From assembly GCA_016783485.1 (NCBI GenBank), contig JADHWM010000002.1, forward strand, positions 1 to 62,727: a stretch of DNA of 62,727 bases. The letters run 5' to 3'. The stretch comes from Candidatus Bathyarchaeota archaeon. Its GTDB lineage: Archaea > Thermoproteota > Bathyarchaeia > TCS64. The notes beneath the pieces are model-generated. The model saw only the letters and a program-made list of their open reading frames with translations. It did not search any database and was not told the DNA's origin. Shown here in pieces: positions 39,330 through 48,205 of the stretch; the first letter of the stretch is position 1, and each line of letters opens with the position of its first letter. Both the position numbers and the translations under genes were made by a program.

Positions 39330-40337
39330 GTGAATCGTTTGGGTGACGTTGATTTTGGCGTGATGCTCCCCGTCATGGTGCCCTCGGGCTCTAGGCCCCT
39401 GCCGTTCTACCATGCGCTTCAGTACCGCTACGGTGGGCTGGACGTGGGGGTGGTGCGGGAGGCGGCGCTGGAAGCGGAGAGGCTGGGGTATCACAGCGTC
39501 TGGGTCTCGGATCATCTGAGCCGGGAGGTGTGTCGGGAGCGTCTGGAGTGCTGGACCACGATGACCTGGCTCGCGACCCTGACGGAGCGGGTGCGGCTGG
39601 GGAGCATGGTGATCTGCAACCTCTACAGGCATCCGGGGCTCATGGCGAAGATGGCCTCGACCCTGGATCTCGTCTCGGGGGGGCGTCTGGAGCTGGGGAT
39701 CGGGGCGTGCTGGTCCGAGCTGGAGTGCTCCGAGAGGGGTATCGACTGGCCATCGCCGGAGGTCCGGCTCCAGATGCTGGGGGAGTCGGTGCGGATCATC
39801 AAGAGCCTCTGGACCCGGGAGCGCACCGATTTCGAGGGGAGGCACTACAAGCTCAGCGGGGCATATTCTGAACCCAAGCCGGTCCAGAAGCCTCATCCGC
39901 CGGTGATGATCGGGGGAGGCGGGGAGGGGTTCACCCTGAGGCTGGTCGCCAAGTACGCCGAGGCCAGCAACTTCGGGGGCTCCCTCGCGGACGTGGAGAG
40001 GCGGATGGGTGCCCTGCGGCGCCACTGCGAGGAGGTGGGGAGGGACTACGGCGAGATCACCAAGTCGACGAGCCTGGGAGTGGTGGTTCACCCGACCCGG
40101 GAGGAGTACCTGGAGGACATGAGGGAGCGGTGGGAGGCGAACCGGGCCCCGGGGCTCTTCGAGGAGTGGCTGGGGAAGGCCGAGGAGGCCTACATAACGG
40201 GGACCCCGGACGAGTGCGTGGAGCAGCTGAGGCCCTACGTGGAGCTGGGGGTCGGCCTGTTCGTGATCCGGTTCGGGGACATGCCGAGCCTCGAGGGTCT
40301 CAGGCTCTTCGCCGAGAAGGTCGCCCCCCGTCTCTAG
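39330..40337 (+). CDS. LLM-class (luciferase-like, probably F420-dependent) oxidoreductase
   Basis: SVWVSDH, YRHPGLMAKMASTLD, SGGRLELGIGA and PKPVQKPHPP motifs. Confidence 0.9.
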   Translation: MNRLGDVDFGVMLPVMVPSGSRPLPFYHALQYRYGGLDVGVVREAALEAERLGYHSVWVSDHLSREVCRERLECWTTMTWLATLTERVRLGSMVICNLYRHPGLMAKMASTLDLVSGGRLELGIGACWSELECSERGIDWPSPEVRLQMLGESVRIIKSLWTRERTDFEGRHYKLSGAYSEPKPVQKPHPPVMIGGGGEGFTLRLVAKYAEASNFGGSLADVERRMGALRRHCEEVGRDYGEITKSTSLGVVVHPTREEYLEDMRERWEANRAPGLFEEWLGKAEEAYITGTPDECVEQLRPYVELGVGLFVIRFGDMPSLEGLRLFAEKVAPRL

Positions 40338-40366
40338 CTCGTGTCGAGCGGGGGTTTGTTGGGGGG

Positions 40367-41572
40367 CTAGTCCTCGATCCGCACTCCAATCTGGAGGATT
40401 GCGAGCCCGATGAAGTATATCACCGACGTCGCGATGAATATGGGGTAGAGCCCGTATGTGTCGGCGATGTAGGCTGCGGCTATGGCTGCGATGGGCATGA
40501 CGACGTTCATGGGTATTGATGCGAGGGCGAAGCCGACCCCCCTCTGCTTGGGGGGCGAGAGGCGGGCGGTGAGGGTCATGTTGGCGGGCATGCCTAGGAT
40601 GCCGAAGAACCCGTGGGTGATGTAGGCGATCATGAAGGGCCAGTACCCTTTGAGGAAGAAGGCGAGGGCGAAGAATGCGTAGGAGACAAAGAGCGTGGCC
40701 GCGAACCATCTTTTCTCCCCGTACCGGGAGGCGAGCTCCCCCCCGAGGGGGCTGGCGACTATACCGATGAGGGAGCTGATCCCGAGCATTATCCCGATCT
40801 GGCTGATGGTCCATCCCTGAGCCTCGGCGAGCCAGATGCTGAGGAAGCCTGTGGTGAGGCCTCCCCCGAAGCGTCTCACGGTACCGGAGAGGAGGAGGAA
40901 TATCATGTTGGAGTTGAGGAGGGTGTCCACGGTCTCCCCCTCGTCCCAGGAGTCCCGTACCTCCTTCTCCACCATCTCGGCGGCGGGCTTTACGAAGTAG
41001 AGGGCCACGAGCCCCAGCAGGATGGGGATGACCCAGAAGCTGTAGATCTGCCTCCAGCTGAAGGCGAGGAGCCCCATGAGGATGGTGATGGAGAGGGGGC
41101 CCAGGGATACCCCGGTGGTGCCCCCGCTGTGCCATATCCCTAGGGCCCTGGAGCGGTTTTGGGGACTGGTGATATCGGAGACGTAGCTCTGGGCGGGGGG
41201 GTGGTAGAGGGTGGAGTTGAATGTGAGGAGGGTGGAGGCGAGGATGAACATCCAGGGGGTCATGGAGACGCTCCCCAGAAGGGCCCCCACGGCGGCTATC
41301 ACGATGCTCGCGGCGATGAGCTTCTTTGGGCCGAACCTGTCGGAGACCATCCCACTGGGGACGCTTAAGAGGAACTGGCAGAGGCTGGGGATAGCGATGA
41401 TGAGGCCGATCTGCTGGTAGGTGAGGCTGAACTCCTCCTTGAGGACGGGGAAGAGGGTGGTTTGCATGTTCCCTGCGGCGTGGACCAGCATGTGGGTGAG
41501 GACCATGATGAGGAGGCTGGAGCTCATGAGCCTGCCCAGGGAGGACTTTTCGTTCTCTCCTATGTTGATCAC
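40367..41572 (-). CDS. MFS transporter
   Basis: 12 hydrophobic helices, motif A (SDRFGPK) and YHP. Confidence 0.9.
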   Translation of the reverse strand: MINIGENEKSSLGRLMSSSLLIMVLTHMLVHAAGNMQTTLFPVLKEEFSLTYQQIGLIIAIPSLCQFLLSVPSGMVSDRFGPKKLIAASIVIAAVGALLGSVSMTPWMFILASTLLTFNSTLYHPPAQSYVSDITSPQNRSRALGIWHSGGTTGVSLGPLSITILMGLLAFSWRQIYSFWVIPILLGLVALYFVKPAAEMVEKEVRDSWDEGETVDTLLNSNMIFLLLSGTVRRFGGGLTTGFLSIWLAEAQGWTISQIGIMLGISSLIGIVASPLGGELASRYGEKRWFAATLFVSYAFFALAFFLKGYWPFMIAYITHGFFGILGMPANMTLTARLSPPKQRGVGFALASIPMNVVMPIAAIAAAYIADTYGLYPIFIATSVIYFIGLAILQIGVRIED

Positions 41573-41773
41573 CGAGTGAAACTCACATGGGGGTCAGGTA
41601 TCATTTTACGTTTGCCTATGACTCGCTCGCCCATCGATCACGAGTGCAAAAAACGTAGTCTTTTCACCCCCTATGCTCCGGTGATCCGCTTTCGAAAATG
41701 AATGATTTTTATTCAAGTGTATTGTGTCAATGTAAGAACGTAAATTTCACTCAAGGTGGCATGACGACTTCAT

Positions 41774-43036
41774 TTGGCTCGAACGAAAAATCTTACCGAG
41801 TTTCTAGGCGGACTACCCCGAAATTTCAAGGTGATGATGGCCAGGAACTCCTTCGCCAACTTCATCGTCAACATGAACCCCTACAACTCCCTCTTCATAT
41901 TCGCGTTGGGGGCATCCGGCACGGAGCTGGGGATGCTGAGCTCCATCGGATTGGCTTTCTCCACGATCTTCTCTGTTCTCACCGGATGGATCTCTGATCG
42001 CGGGGACAAGAAGGCATTCTTCCTCTTGGGCACGGCGGTGGGCGTCTTGGTTCCCATCGCTTATATCCTGAGCCCCAGCTGGTCGTGGCTCGCCGTGGCC
42101 TTCATTCTGTTCGGCGTCTCGGAGGGCATCCTCCAGCCCGCGTGGCAGGCGATGTACGCGAACAGCGTCAACGACGGCTCCCGGGGGACGGTGTACGGCC
42201 TGGCGAACCTCTTCGTCATGAGCCCGATCCTCTTCGCGGGGCTGGTCGGCGGGGCCGTCGTGAGTTGGTTCGGCGGGATGGATGCGGACGGCATCCGACC
42301 CCTCTACTACCTCCAGATAGGGCTCTCCTTGGCCATCGTCGCCTTCGTCTGGCGTTATCTGACGCCTCCCCGGAGGCAGGGGCAGTCCGTCCCGTTCTCG
42401 TTCAGCCAGATGATCGCGGACTATCGGGACGTCCTGTCCATCGACGGCGTCCGCTCGTGGGTTCTGATGAAGAGCCTGGGGAGCATATCCATAGGCCTCG
42501 CGGGGCCCTTCTGGATGATATACGCCTCGTTGGTCTGGGAGGCCTCCGCTATGACCATCGCCTTCATGGTCACCGTGAGGACGTTGACCCGGATCGTCCT
42601 GTCCCCCGTAGTGGGGCGCCTCACCGATGTCTACGGGAGGAAGAAACTCATCATCGGGGGGAGGCTCACCATGTACGTGGCCGCGATCATATTCCTCTGG
42701 GGAGGCGGGGGCTTTTTGCTCCTCTTAGCGTGGGTGCTCATGGGGGTCAACGACTCCACCGGGGTCGCATGGCAGGCCAAGGAGGTGGAGTTGGTGGGGC
42801 GTCACCAGAGGGCTAGGATGACCGCCCTCAGTGTGGGCGCCTTCAACCTCCTCGCCGTCCCCGCGAGCTTGCTGGGAGGGTATCTCTGGGATCATGTGGG
42901 CTACCTCGCGCCCTTCATATTCATGATCGTGGTCGATGGGCTCGTGAGGATGCCCATCATCGCCAAGTACGTACCCGAGGCCGGATACGACGAGCTCAAC
43001 TCTAAACAGGTTGACTCGGGTTTATTCACAGACTAA
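41774..43036 (+). CDS. MFS transporter
   Basis: 12 hydrophobic helices, GWISDRG and GRLTDVYGRK. Confidence 0.9.
   Translation: MARTKNLTEFLGGLPRNFKVMMARNSFANFIVNMNPYNSLFIFALGASGTELGMLSSIGLAFSTIFSVLTGWISDRGDKKAFFLLGTAVGVLVPIAYILSPSWSWLAVAFILFGVSEGILQPAWQAMYANSVNDGSRGTVYGLANLFVMSPILFAGLVGGAVVSWFGGMDADGIRPLYYLQIGLSLAIVAFVWRYLTPPRRQGQSVPFSFSQMIADYRDVLSIDGVRSWVLMKSLGSISIGLAGPFWMIYASLVWEASAMTIAFMVTVRTLTRIVLSPVVGRLTDVYGRKKLIIGGRLTMYVAAIIFLWGGGGFLLLLAWVLMGVNDSTGVAWQAKEVELVGRHQRARMTALSVGAFNLLAVPASLLGGYLWDHVGYLAPFIFMIVVDGLVRMPIIAKYVPEAGYDELNSKQVDSGLFTD
43017..43033 (+). repeat. 17-bp direct repeat, copy 1 (CGGGTTTATTCACAGAC)
   Basis: Identical to 44765-44781; similarity continues imperfectly for about 12 more bases. 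Confidence 0.8.
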
Positions 43037-43281
43037 TTCATTCACTGAACCATTTTCTTCCTTATCGACCACACGCGTTGAGGGGTGGACCCCCGAAGTG
43101 AACGTGGTTGTCGATAATCATAATCTGAATTTCGGTGAAATATGGATAAACTGATTGTTCGTTGATTGGATTGTCTAAAACATTATAGACCCGAAGGATC
43201 AGTTGAAGTTCAAGGTTCTATTGCCAAATACAGTAGATGTGTCTTAATGGGACCTGAACTGAGAAAATGGAGAAGATGAGA

Positions 43282-43380
43282 ATGCCCAAGTACATCGTCC
43301 TGGGAAAGTTCACGGCTGAAGGGATCAAGAACATCAAGGACTCTCCCAAGAGACTGGAGGCAGCCAACAAGTTGGCGGAG
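43282..43380 (+). pseudogene. Truncated duplicate of the GYD-domain gene
   Basis: 43209-43380 is near-identical to 46310-46481; homology stops after ...AANKLAE. Confidence 0.9.
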
Positions 43381-43595
43381 CATGAGGGCTTTGAGGTCCC
43401 ATTCGGGGTTGTATTCTACGGTTCTTCCTGGTCCGTGTCTGTGGAGGTTTGTCCAGAGGGTGGTTTGGATGGGGGTTAAATCTAGGCTCTCGAACAATAA
43501 CTTGGGAGAACCTACTCGCTTCATCCCGATCACAAGATGATGGAGTACGGCTCTCCCAATAAACTCAACGAATTATTTAATCCGCTTGCGCGCGC
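43381..43595 (-). mobile_element. IS remnant: one end plus a transposase N-terminal fragment
   Basis: Minus frame reads LFESLDL...GPGRTVEYNPEWDLKALML, a GRP-like N-terminus typical of IS4/IS5-type transposases. It is preceded by a GCGCGC-ended AT-rich terminus. Confidence 0.6.
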
Positions 43596-43680
43596 TGGAA
43601 AAAGAATTACTACAATTGTATTAGACAATTAATGCACACGCGCGATTATCTTTGCATTTACCGCGTTTAGGGATTCGTTT

Positions 43681-44238
43681 TTAGATCTGGGTGATGTGTC
43701 TTCTTATTTTCTGTAAAATTACATCTTGTGTAATGTCCATCATCATTGTAACTCCACTAATGGGATCCGTAGAGATTGTTTTGTATCCAAGATTCTCCCA
43801 AATCTGGCGTAGAGGTCTGCCTGCTTGATCCAACTCCTCTGTAGTGAACTTTACAGCCTTGTAACCGTTCTCATACAGGTAAACCATCTCAAGGACAGCA
43901 ATCACTGTACCCACTCCTTTACGTTCAATGATTGAGGCTGAGCTATCTGAGAAAAACACTCCCTTATCATCAGCGTCGTAGCCGAAGTCATAAGCTATAG
44001 GTTCACCGTCTAGAAGAACAAGTAGACAGAAGAATCCAGGTTTACTTATCCTGCTTTTTAACTCTTTCCAGCTGTACCTTAGATCTTTCCGGAACTTGGT
44101 GTGATCTATTGTCATGATTTTCTCTGTTATTGTATCATCGATGTTGGTGTAAGTCGAGATCATTACGTTTCCATTTAATGATAAACTGAGCTTTGCTTCA
44201 CCTAGCCTCAACAATTCGTTAAGAGACGGAACACTCAT
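43681..44238 (-). CDS. GNAT-fold-like protein, AT-rich
   Basis: ERKGVGT acetyl-CoA-loop-like motif and WENLGY; low GC. Confidence 0.55.
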   Translation of the reverse strand: MSVPSLNELLRLGEAKLSLSLNGNVMISTYTNIDDTITEKIMTIDHTKFRKDLRYSWKELKSRISKPGFFCLLVLLDGEPIAYDFGYDADDKGVFFSDSSASIIERKGVGTVIAVLEMVYLYENGYKAVKFTTEELDQAGRPLRQIWENLGYKTISTDPISGVTMMMDITQDVILQKIRRHITQI

Positions 44239-44280
44239 GAGATATATTGAACTTAAGAAATAATATCAATTTATTGAACT

Positions 44281-44760
44281 GCGCGCAGATAGTTTCCATA
44301 ATTATGTGTTAAATGGTTTTTATTATTATTTTACAGTTTAATGGGTGAAATGGACTTCTACGACAGAGGGATTCTGACAATTCTAAGGGATGGAAAACCC
44401 AGAACCTTCCAACAGATACTCTCCGAGGCAGGGTTCTCACACAACACCCTGCGAAAGCACCTGGACGAACTCGTGTATCAGGGTCTAGTCACGAGGCTGA
44501 AGAGATCCCGAAAGGGCCCGGGGAGGCCTCTGTTGACGTACAGGATACAGAGAGAGGCTGAGAGAGCTGTCTCGGCTGTCTTGGATCCTTCCATGGGGCT
44601 TGTGGTGGTCTCTTTCGAAGCGTTGAGTCGCTTCTGTAAGCGAGAGGAGGGTGGTTTCTGTAAGGAGATCAAGGATCATTGTACGCCTGTTTCTTGTCCT
44701 CAATTCATAAAATAAGGATTAAAACCATATTTAACCTAATAATTGAACTAGCCTGCGCGC
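44281..44760 (+). mobile_element. 480-bp element with imperfect terminal inverted repeats enclosing one wHTH gene
   Basis: Left end GCGCGCAGATAGTTTCCATAATTATGTGTTAAATGGTTTT versus reverse complement of right end GCGCGCAGGCTAGTTCAATTATTAGGTTAAATATGGTTTT. Confidence 0.7.
44341..44715 (+). CDS. Winged-helix DNA-binding protein with C-terminal four-Cys cluster
   Basis: SHNTLRKHLDELVYQGLV...GPGRP helix and wing; C-x6-C-x6-C-x4-C tail. Confidence 0.85.
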   Translation: MGEMDFYDRGILTILRDGKPRTFQQILSEAGFSHNTLRKHLDELVYQGLVTRLKRSRKGPGRPLLTYRIQREAERAVSAVLDPSMGLVVVSFEALSRFCKREEGGFCKEIKDHCTPVSCPQFIK

Positions 44761-44764
44761 GACG

Positions 44765-44781
44765 CGGGTTTATTCACAGAC
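44765..44781 (+). repeat. 17-bp direct repeat, copy 2
   Basis: Identical to 43017-43033. Confidence 0.8.
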
Positions 44782-44792
44782 CAATCCATCCC

Positions 44793-45593
44793 TCATGATT
44801 CCTTCCTAGCTACTAATACCATCCCGAAGGTGTCGGTGGATACTGGCTCCATGTCGTACCCCCCGAAACTTGAATGATAGCTCCACCCGGTATCCTCGAC
44901 CTGCCTTACGAGCTCGTGGAGTGAGTAAACTCTATGGTCGAGCTCGAACGTGCTCAGATGCTCCAGGTCATCGCCCCGCTGCTCGTAGTATCGCCAGACG
45001 TTGAACATCCTGGAATTCTCGAGATCCAGACGTCTCTCCGCTATCATGACCCGGCCCCCCTCCCCGTAGCTCACATCCCTGGCCTGGAAATGCCTCACGA
45101 GATAATCCCGGTTCGCCGTATGGATGACGAAGATGCCACCTCGCTTCGCCAGTTCACGTGCTTGGCTGAAGATGGCCCCGTCGGTGGCCTCGTCCCAGTA
45201 GCCATGCGAGGTGAACAGGTTGACTAAGGCGTCGAAGGACTCCCCCCGGTCCCCTAGGAGTTTTCCCATCCGCCTAATGTCACCGATCATGAACTCGACC
45301 CGACACGAGACGCCCCTCTCGGCCGCGAGCTCCCCAGCCCTCTCGATATAGGTAGGCGAGATGTCGACCCCCACGATCCTGTAACCCTTGTCCGCGAGGA
45401 GGATGGAGTGACGCCCTAAGCCGCAGGCGAGGTCGAGGACCGTACCCCCCGGGGGCACACCGTGCTCCGAGAAGAGCCTCATCAAGCCCTCCACCTCCTC
45501 ACCGGTCCTCTCCAGCCTCTCCTCAAGTTGGGCCCCATACAGTGAGGCATTATCGATGAACAATCTCTCGGTTCAATGCTTGTCCAATCTCAT
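44793..45593 (-). CDS. Class I SAM-dependent methyltransferase with in-frame TGA at codon 7 (possible pseudogene)
   Basis: VLDLACGLGRH and NLFTSHGY motifs. From ATG 45593 the frame reads MRLDKH*TERLF; an alternative TTG start lies at 45563. Confidence 0.8.
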
Positions 45594-45640
45594 TTCCCAA
45601 TTATGATGGTAGGAAGCGTGGATAAGAATTGAGTGGAAAC

Positions 45641-45760
45641 ATCGGGAAAGGAGATTCGAACCCCTTTCAGTCGCCCGCGTGATCAGGGACGTGTCACGAA
45701 TTTGTGTGCTTCGACTTCATATCCCGGTGAAGTCTGAGATTCCACTGGGGATTCCTGATA
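45641..45760 (-). ncRNA. Putative structured RNA or tRNA remnant with a T-loop hairpin
   Basis: Minus strand GAAAGGGG-TTCGAAT-CTCCTTTC, plus hairpins GACTTCA/TGAAGTC and CGTGA/TCACG. Confidence 0.35.
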
Positions 45761-45889
45761 TCATCATCAGCTTCAGAACCAGAGATAATGAGTTACCTTA
45801 CGTAGAAGCGGAGATTGACGATTCGACACTTGATTGATTTTATGATTGTTTTTGTTTTTCTCTCTCGTAGAGGCGGTCAATCATTATGC

Positions 45890-46240
45890 CTATCTCCGGA
45901 TTATCGTAAAGACCCGAATCTCCTCATAGATTGGACCCATTTTCTCCCAGAACGTGACCACATCTACACCATAGAGAAACCCCCCCATATCGAAGTCAAG
46001 TAGCCCCTTGTCCACTAGAAGTCCAAGGTTGTGGAAGAATGTAAAAAAAATTGGCCCGCTTGACGTTGGCATCCGGGTCTACTCCGAGGCTGGTTTTACT
46101 CATGTAGTCGTCCAGGTCTGGCCAATCCCAGTAGGCTACGTCCCAGAAAGTCTTCCAGTTCTCAGGAGTGTTATATCGGTTGAATAGGCTCATCCACAGC
46201 TCTGTTTTCTTGTAATCGGTCGTGAATATGATTACGGTGA
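45890..46240 (-). pseudogene. Frameshifted, 5'-truncated gene remnant
   Basis: Two overlapping minus frames join at the A8 run (46043-46050) into ...DANVKRANF/TFFHNLGLLVDKGLLD...FWEKMGP. Confidence 0.55.
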
Positions 46241-46382
46241 ATTGTGGATTAAGTGATAGCTCGTAGTTAGGCCTGACCAAAACATTATAACGTAAATGCT
46301 CAATTGACATTCAAGGTTCTGTTGTCACAAATGGTAGATGTGTCTCAATGGAACCTGAAATGAGAAAATGGAGAAGATGTGA

Positions 46383-46676
46383 ATGCCGAAGTATATCGTC
46401 CTGGGAAAGTTCACGGCTGAGGGGATCAAGAACATCAAGGACTCTCCCAAGAGACTGGAAGCAGCCAACAAGTTGGCGGAGTCTCTCGGGGGAAAGATAC
46501 TCAAGTTCTATTACACCATGGGTAGATACGATTTCGTCTGTGTGGTCAAGGCTACGAGCAATGAATCCATGATGCAGGCTCTGCTCGCTCTTGGTAGTCA
46601 GGGCTCTATTAGCACCGAGACTCTCACGGCTATACCTGTCGAGAAAGCCGCCGAGATCATCGGTAAACTACCCTGA
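46383..46676 (+). CDS. GYD-domain protein
   Basis: MPKYIVLGKFT...YYTMGRYD...TETL, 97 aa. Confidence 0.9.
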   Translation: MPKYIVLGKFTAEGIKNIKDSPKRLEAANKLAESLGGKILKFYYTMGRYDFVCVVKATSNESMMQALLALGSQGSISTETLTAIPVEKAAEIIGKLP

Positions 46677-46700
46677 TCAAGATCTCATACAATCTCCCCT

Positions 46701-46715
46701 CTTTTTTTAAAAAAA
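46701..46715 (+). terminator. T-run terminator after the GYD gene
   Basis: CTTTTTTTAAAAAAA about 25 nt after the stop codon. Confidence 0.5.
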
Positions 46716-46813
46716 CCATTCAGATGCTGATTCAGCGCGCGAATAGATTTTATTACGCATTATAGAAATATTTATATGTAATCTTTTGATTACGTGTTAT
46801 GCAGGCGTAGACT

Positions 46814-47101
46814 GTGGAAGACGCGGAACTGGTGGATAAGCTGAGCGCTCTAGGACATATCTACCGACTAAAAATAGTGACAGCTCTCACCGAGGGAGAT
46901 AAATATCTAAGCGAAATTGCGAAGGAAGTTGGAATCAGCAGGGCCCTCGCAAACGTGCATCTGAAGAAGCTTAGAGAAGCTGGCCTCGTCAAAACCAGAG
47001 TATTGTTGCTTGAAGACGAGGCGAGGGCGCTTAGATACTACGAGTTAAACGATTTCCACATTGAACTCTCGCCTGAGGAACTGAAAAGGAGGAAGAAATG
47101 A
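46814..47101 (+). CDS. ArsR-family transcriptional regulator
   Basis: ALGHIYRLKI...SEIAKEVGISRALANVHLKKLREAGLV. An AT-rich TATA-like sequence lies at about 46769. Confidence 0.88.
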   Translation: MEDAELVDKLSALGHIYRLKIVTALTEGDKYLSEIAKEVGISRALANVHLKKLREAGLVKTRVLLLEDEARALRYYELNDFHIELSPEELKRRKK

Positions 47102-47365
47102 ATGGATTATAGAGGCGTCGCGGTTACCGGAGTCTGGATTGGCATGGCCCTAATCATCGGAGTGTTCAGCTTCACCGGCAGTCGTCTTGCCGATGCTTCG
47201 CTGATCTTGATTTTTGCGGCTTTCATGCTTACTGCGCACATCATCAAACAGAAACCTGAGGGGGATTCAATGGAGAAGCTCTCTCAAGAGCTCCCGGACT
47301 TCAAGAAACGATTATCCGCCGTCGAAATCGATGTTGGTGAGATCAAGAGGCTACTCGAAGAATAG
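47102..47365 (+). CDS. Small membrane protein with coiled-coil tail
   Basis: Two hydrophobic helices and a heptad-like C-terminus; abuts the ArsR gene. Confidence 0.7.
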   Translation: MDYRGVAVTGVWIGMALIIGVFSFTGSRLADASLILIFAAFMLTAHIIKQKPEGDSMEKLSQELPDFKKRLSAVEIDVGEIKRLLEE

Positions 47366-47394
47366 ATTGCGTACGCGTAAGCGAGTGATACACG

Positions 47395-47862
47395 ATGATG
47401 GACGGAGGTCTCATCGACTCCCTTGTAGTCTTCTTCGCAGTCGCCTACTATGCTTTTCTGGTCATAGTATACCTTGTGCGCGCTCATAATCTATCGGATA
47501 TAGAGCTGAAGATGGCCCTCCCCTTCAGCGCACAGGTGATTCCATTCAGCATCCTATGGGTGTTGAACATCCTGAAGGGAGACACTGGTCGAATCATCTC
47601 CATGACGCCAATCATCGTCTATCTCCTGTACGACCTATGGTATCGATTGATCACCCGGAAAAAACCCCTGCATCATCCTGACCGCTGGCCGAAGGAACTT
47701 GCACTGTACCTCCTTCTCCTTATGGTTGGGAGCATAGGATTGAACTGGTACGGATACCTGATATCAGAATTCTACGGCATGATGCTCGTTGCCGCTTTCT
47801 TCGTCATGCTGAGCTCCTTCGGCTACTATCAATACAGATACAGGAAGAGAAAGAAGCGATAG
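47395..47862 (+). CDS. Hypothetical membrane protein
   Basis: Five hydrophobic segments and a basic tail. Confidence 0.65.
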   Translation: MMDGGLIDSLVVFFAVAYYAFLVIVYLVRAHNLSDIELKMALPFSAQVIPFSILWVLNILKGDTGRIISMTPIIVYLLYDLWYRLITRKKPLHHPDRWPKELALYLLLLMVGSIGLNWYGYLISEFYGMMLVAAFFVMLSSFGYYQYRYRKRKKR

Positions 47863-48205
47863 ACGAACACAGATATGTATCATGCATATCCTCAAAGAGA
47901 TAGAACCCAGAACAAGAATCATCCATCTCACGATACAGAACTCAGGTGAAGTGAAGAAACGAGCATGACGGGACACCAACAACCCGTGAAAACACCGCCA
48001 AACACCAGAAGGAACCCGAAAAACACCCGGAAACCACCCCCGCCAACCCCCTCAAGTTAAACAGTAGCCATTCAGTAGCTGAACAGTACCAAAACAACAC
48101 CAAAAGAAGACAGAAAAACCCTCCAAACAACAAAAGGACCGAAAAAACAACCTCTTACAACCCCCCCAAACAAACAGGGGGGGTACCGCGCGCGCGACCC
48201 CACCA

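Noticed and set aside
39300..41135. Long alternative ORFs (for example 611 aa at 39300-41135, 496 aa at 15022-16512, 406 aa at 34954-36174)
   Set aside because: They are Arg/Pro/Gly-rich shadow frames overlapping well-supported genes in GC-rich DNA.
45641..45760. Selenocysteine or opal-suppressor tRNA (CTTCA seen) explaining nearby in-frame TGAs
   Set aside because: No anticodon stem forms around TCA and no valid cloverleaf was found.
47764..48133. Short minus-strand ORFs in the A/C-rich tract
   Set aside because: Low-complexity translations that follow from the skewed composition, with no recognisable motifs.
43017..48200. CRISPR array or integron cassette array
   Set aside because: No regularly spaced identical repeats, no clear attC structures, and no cas or integrase gene in the window.
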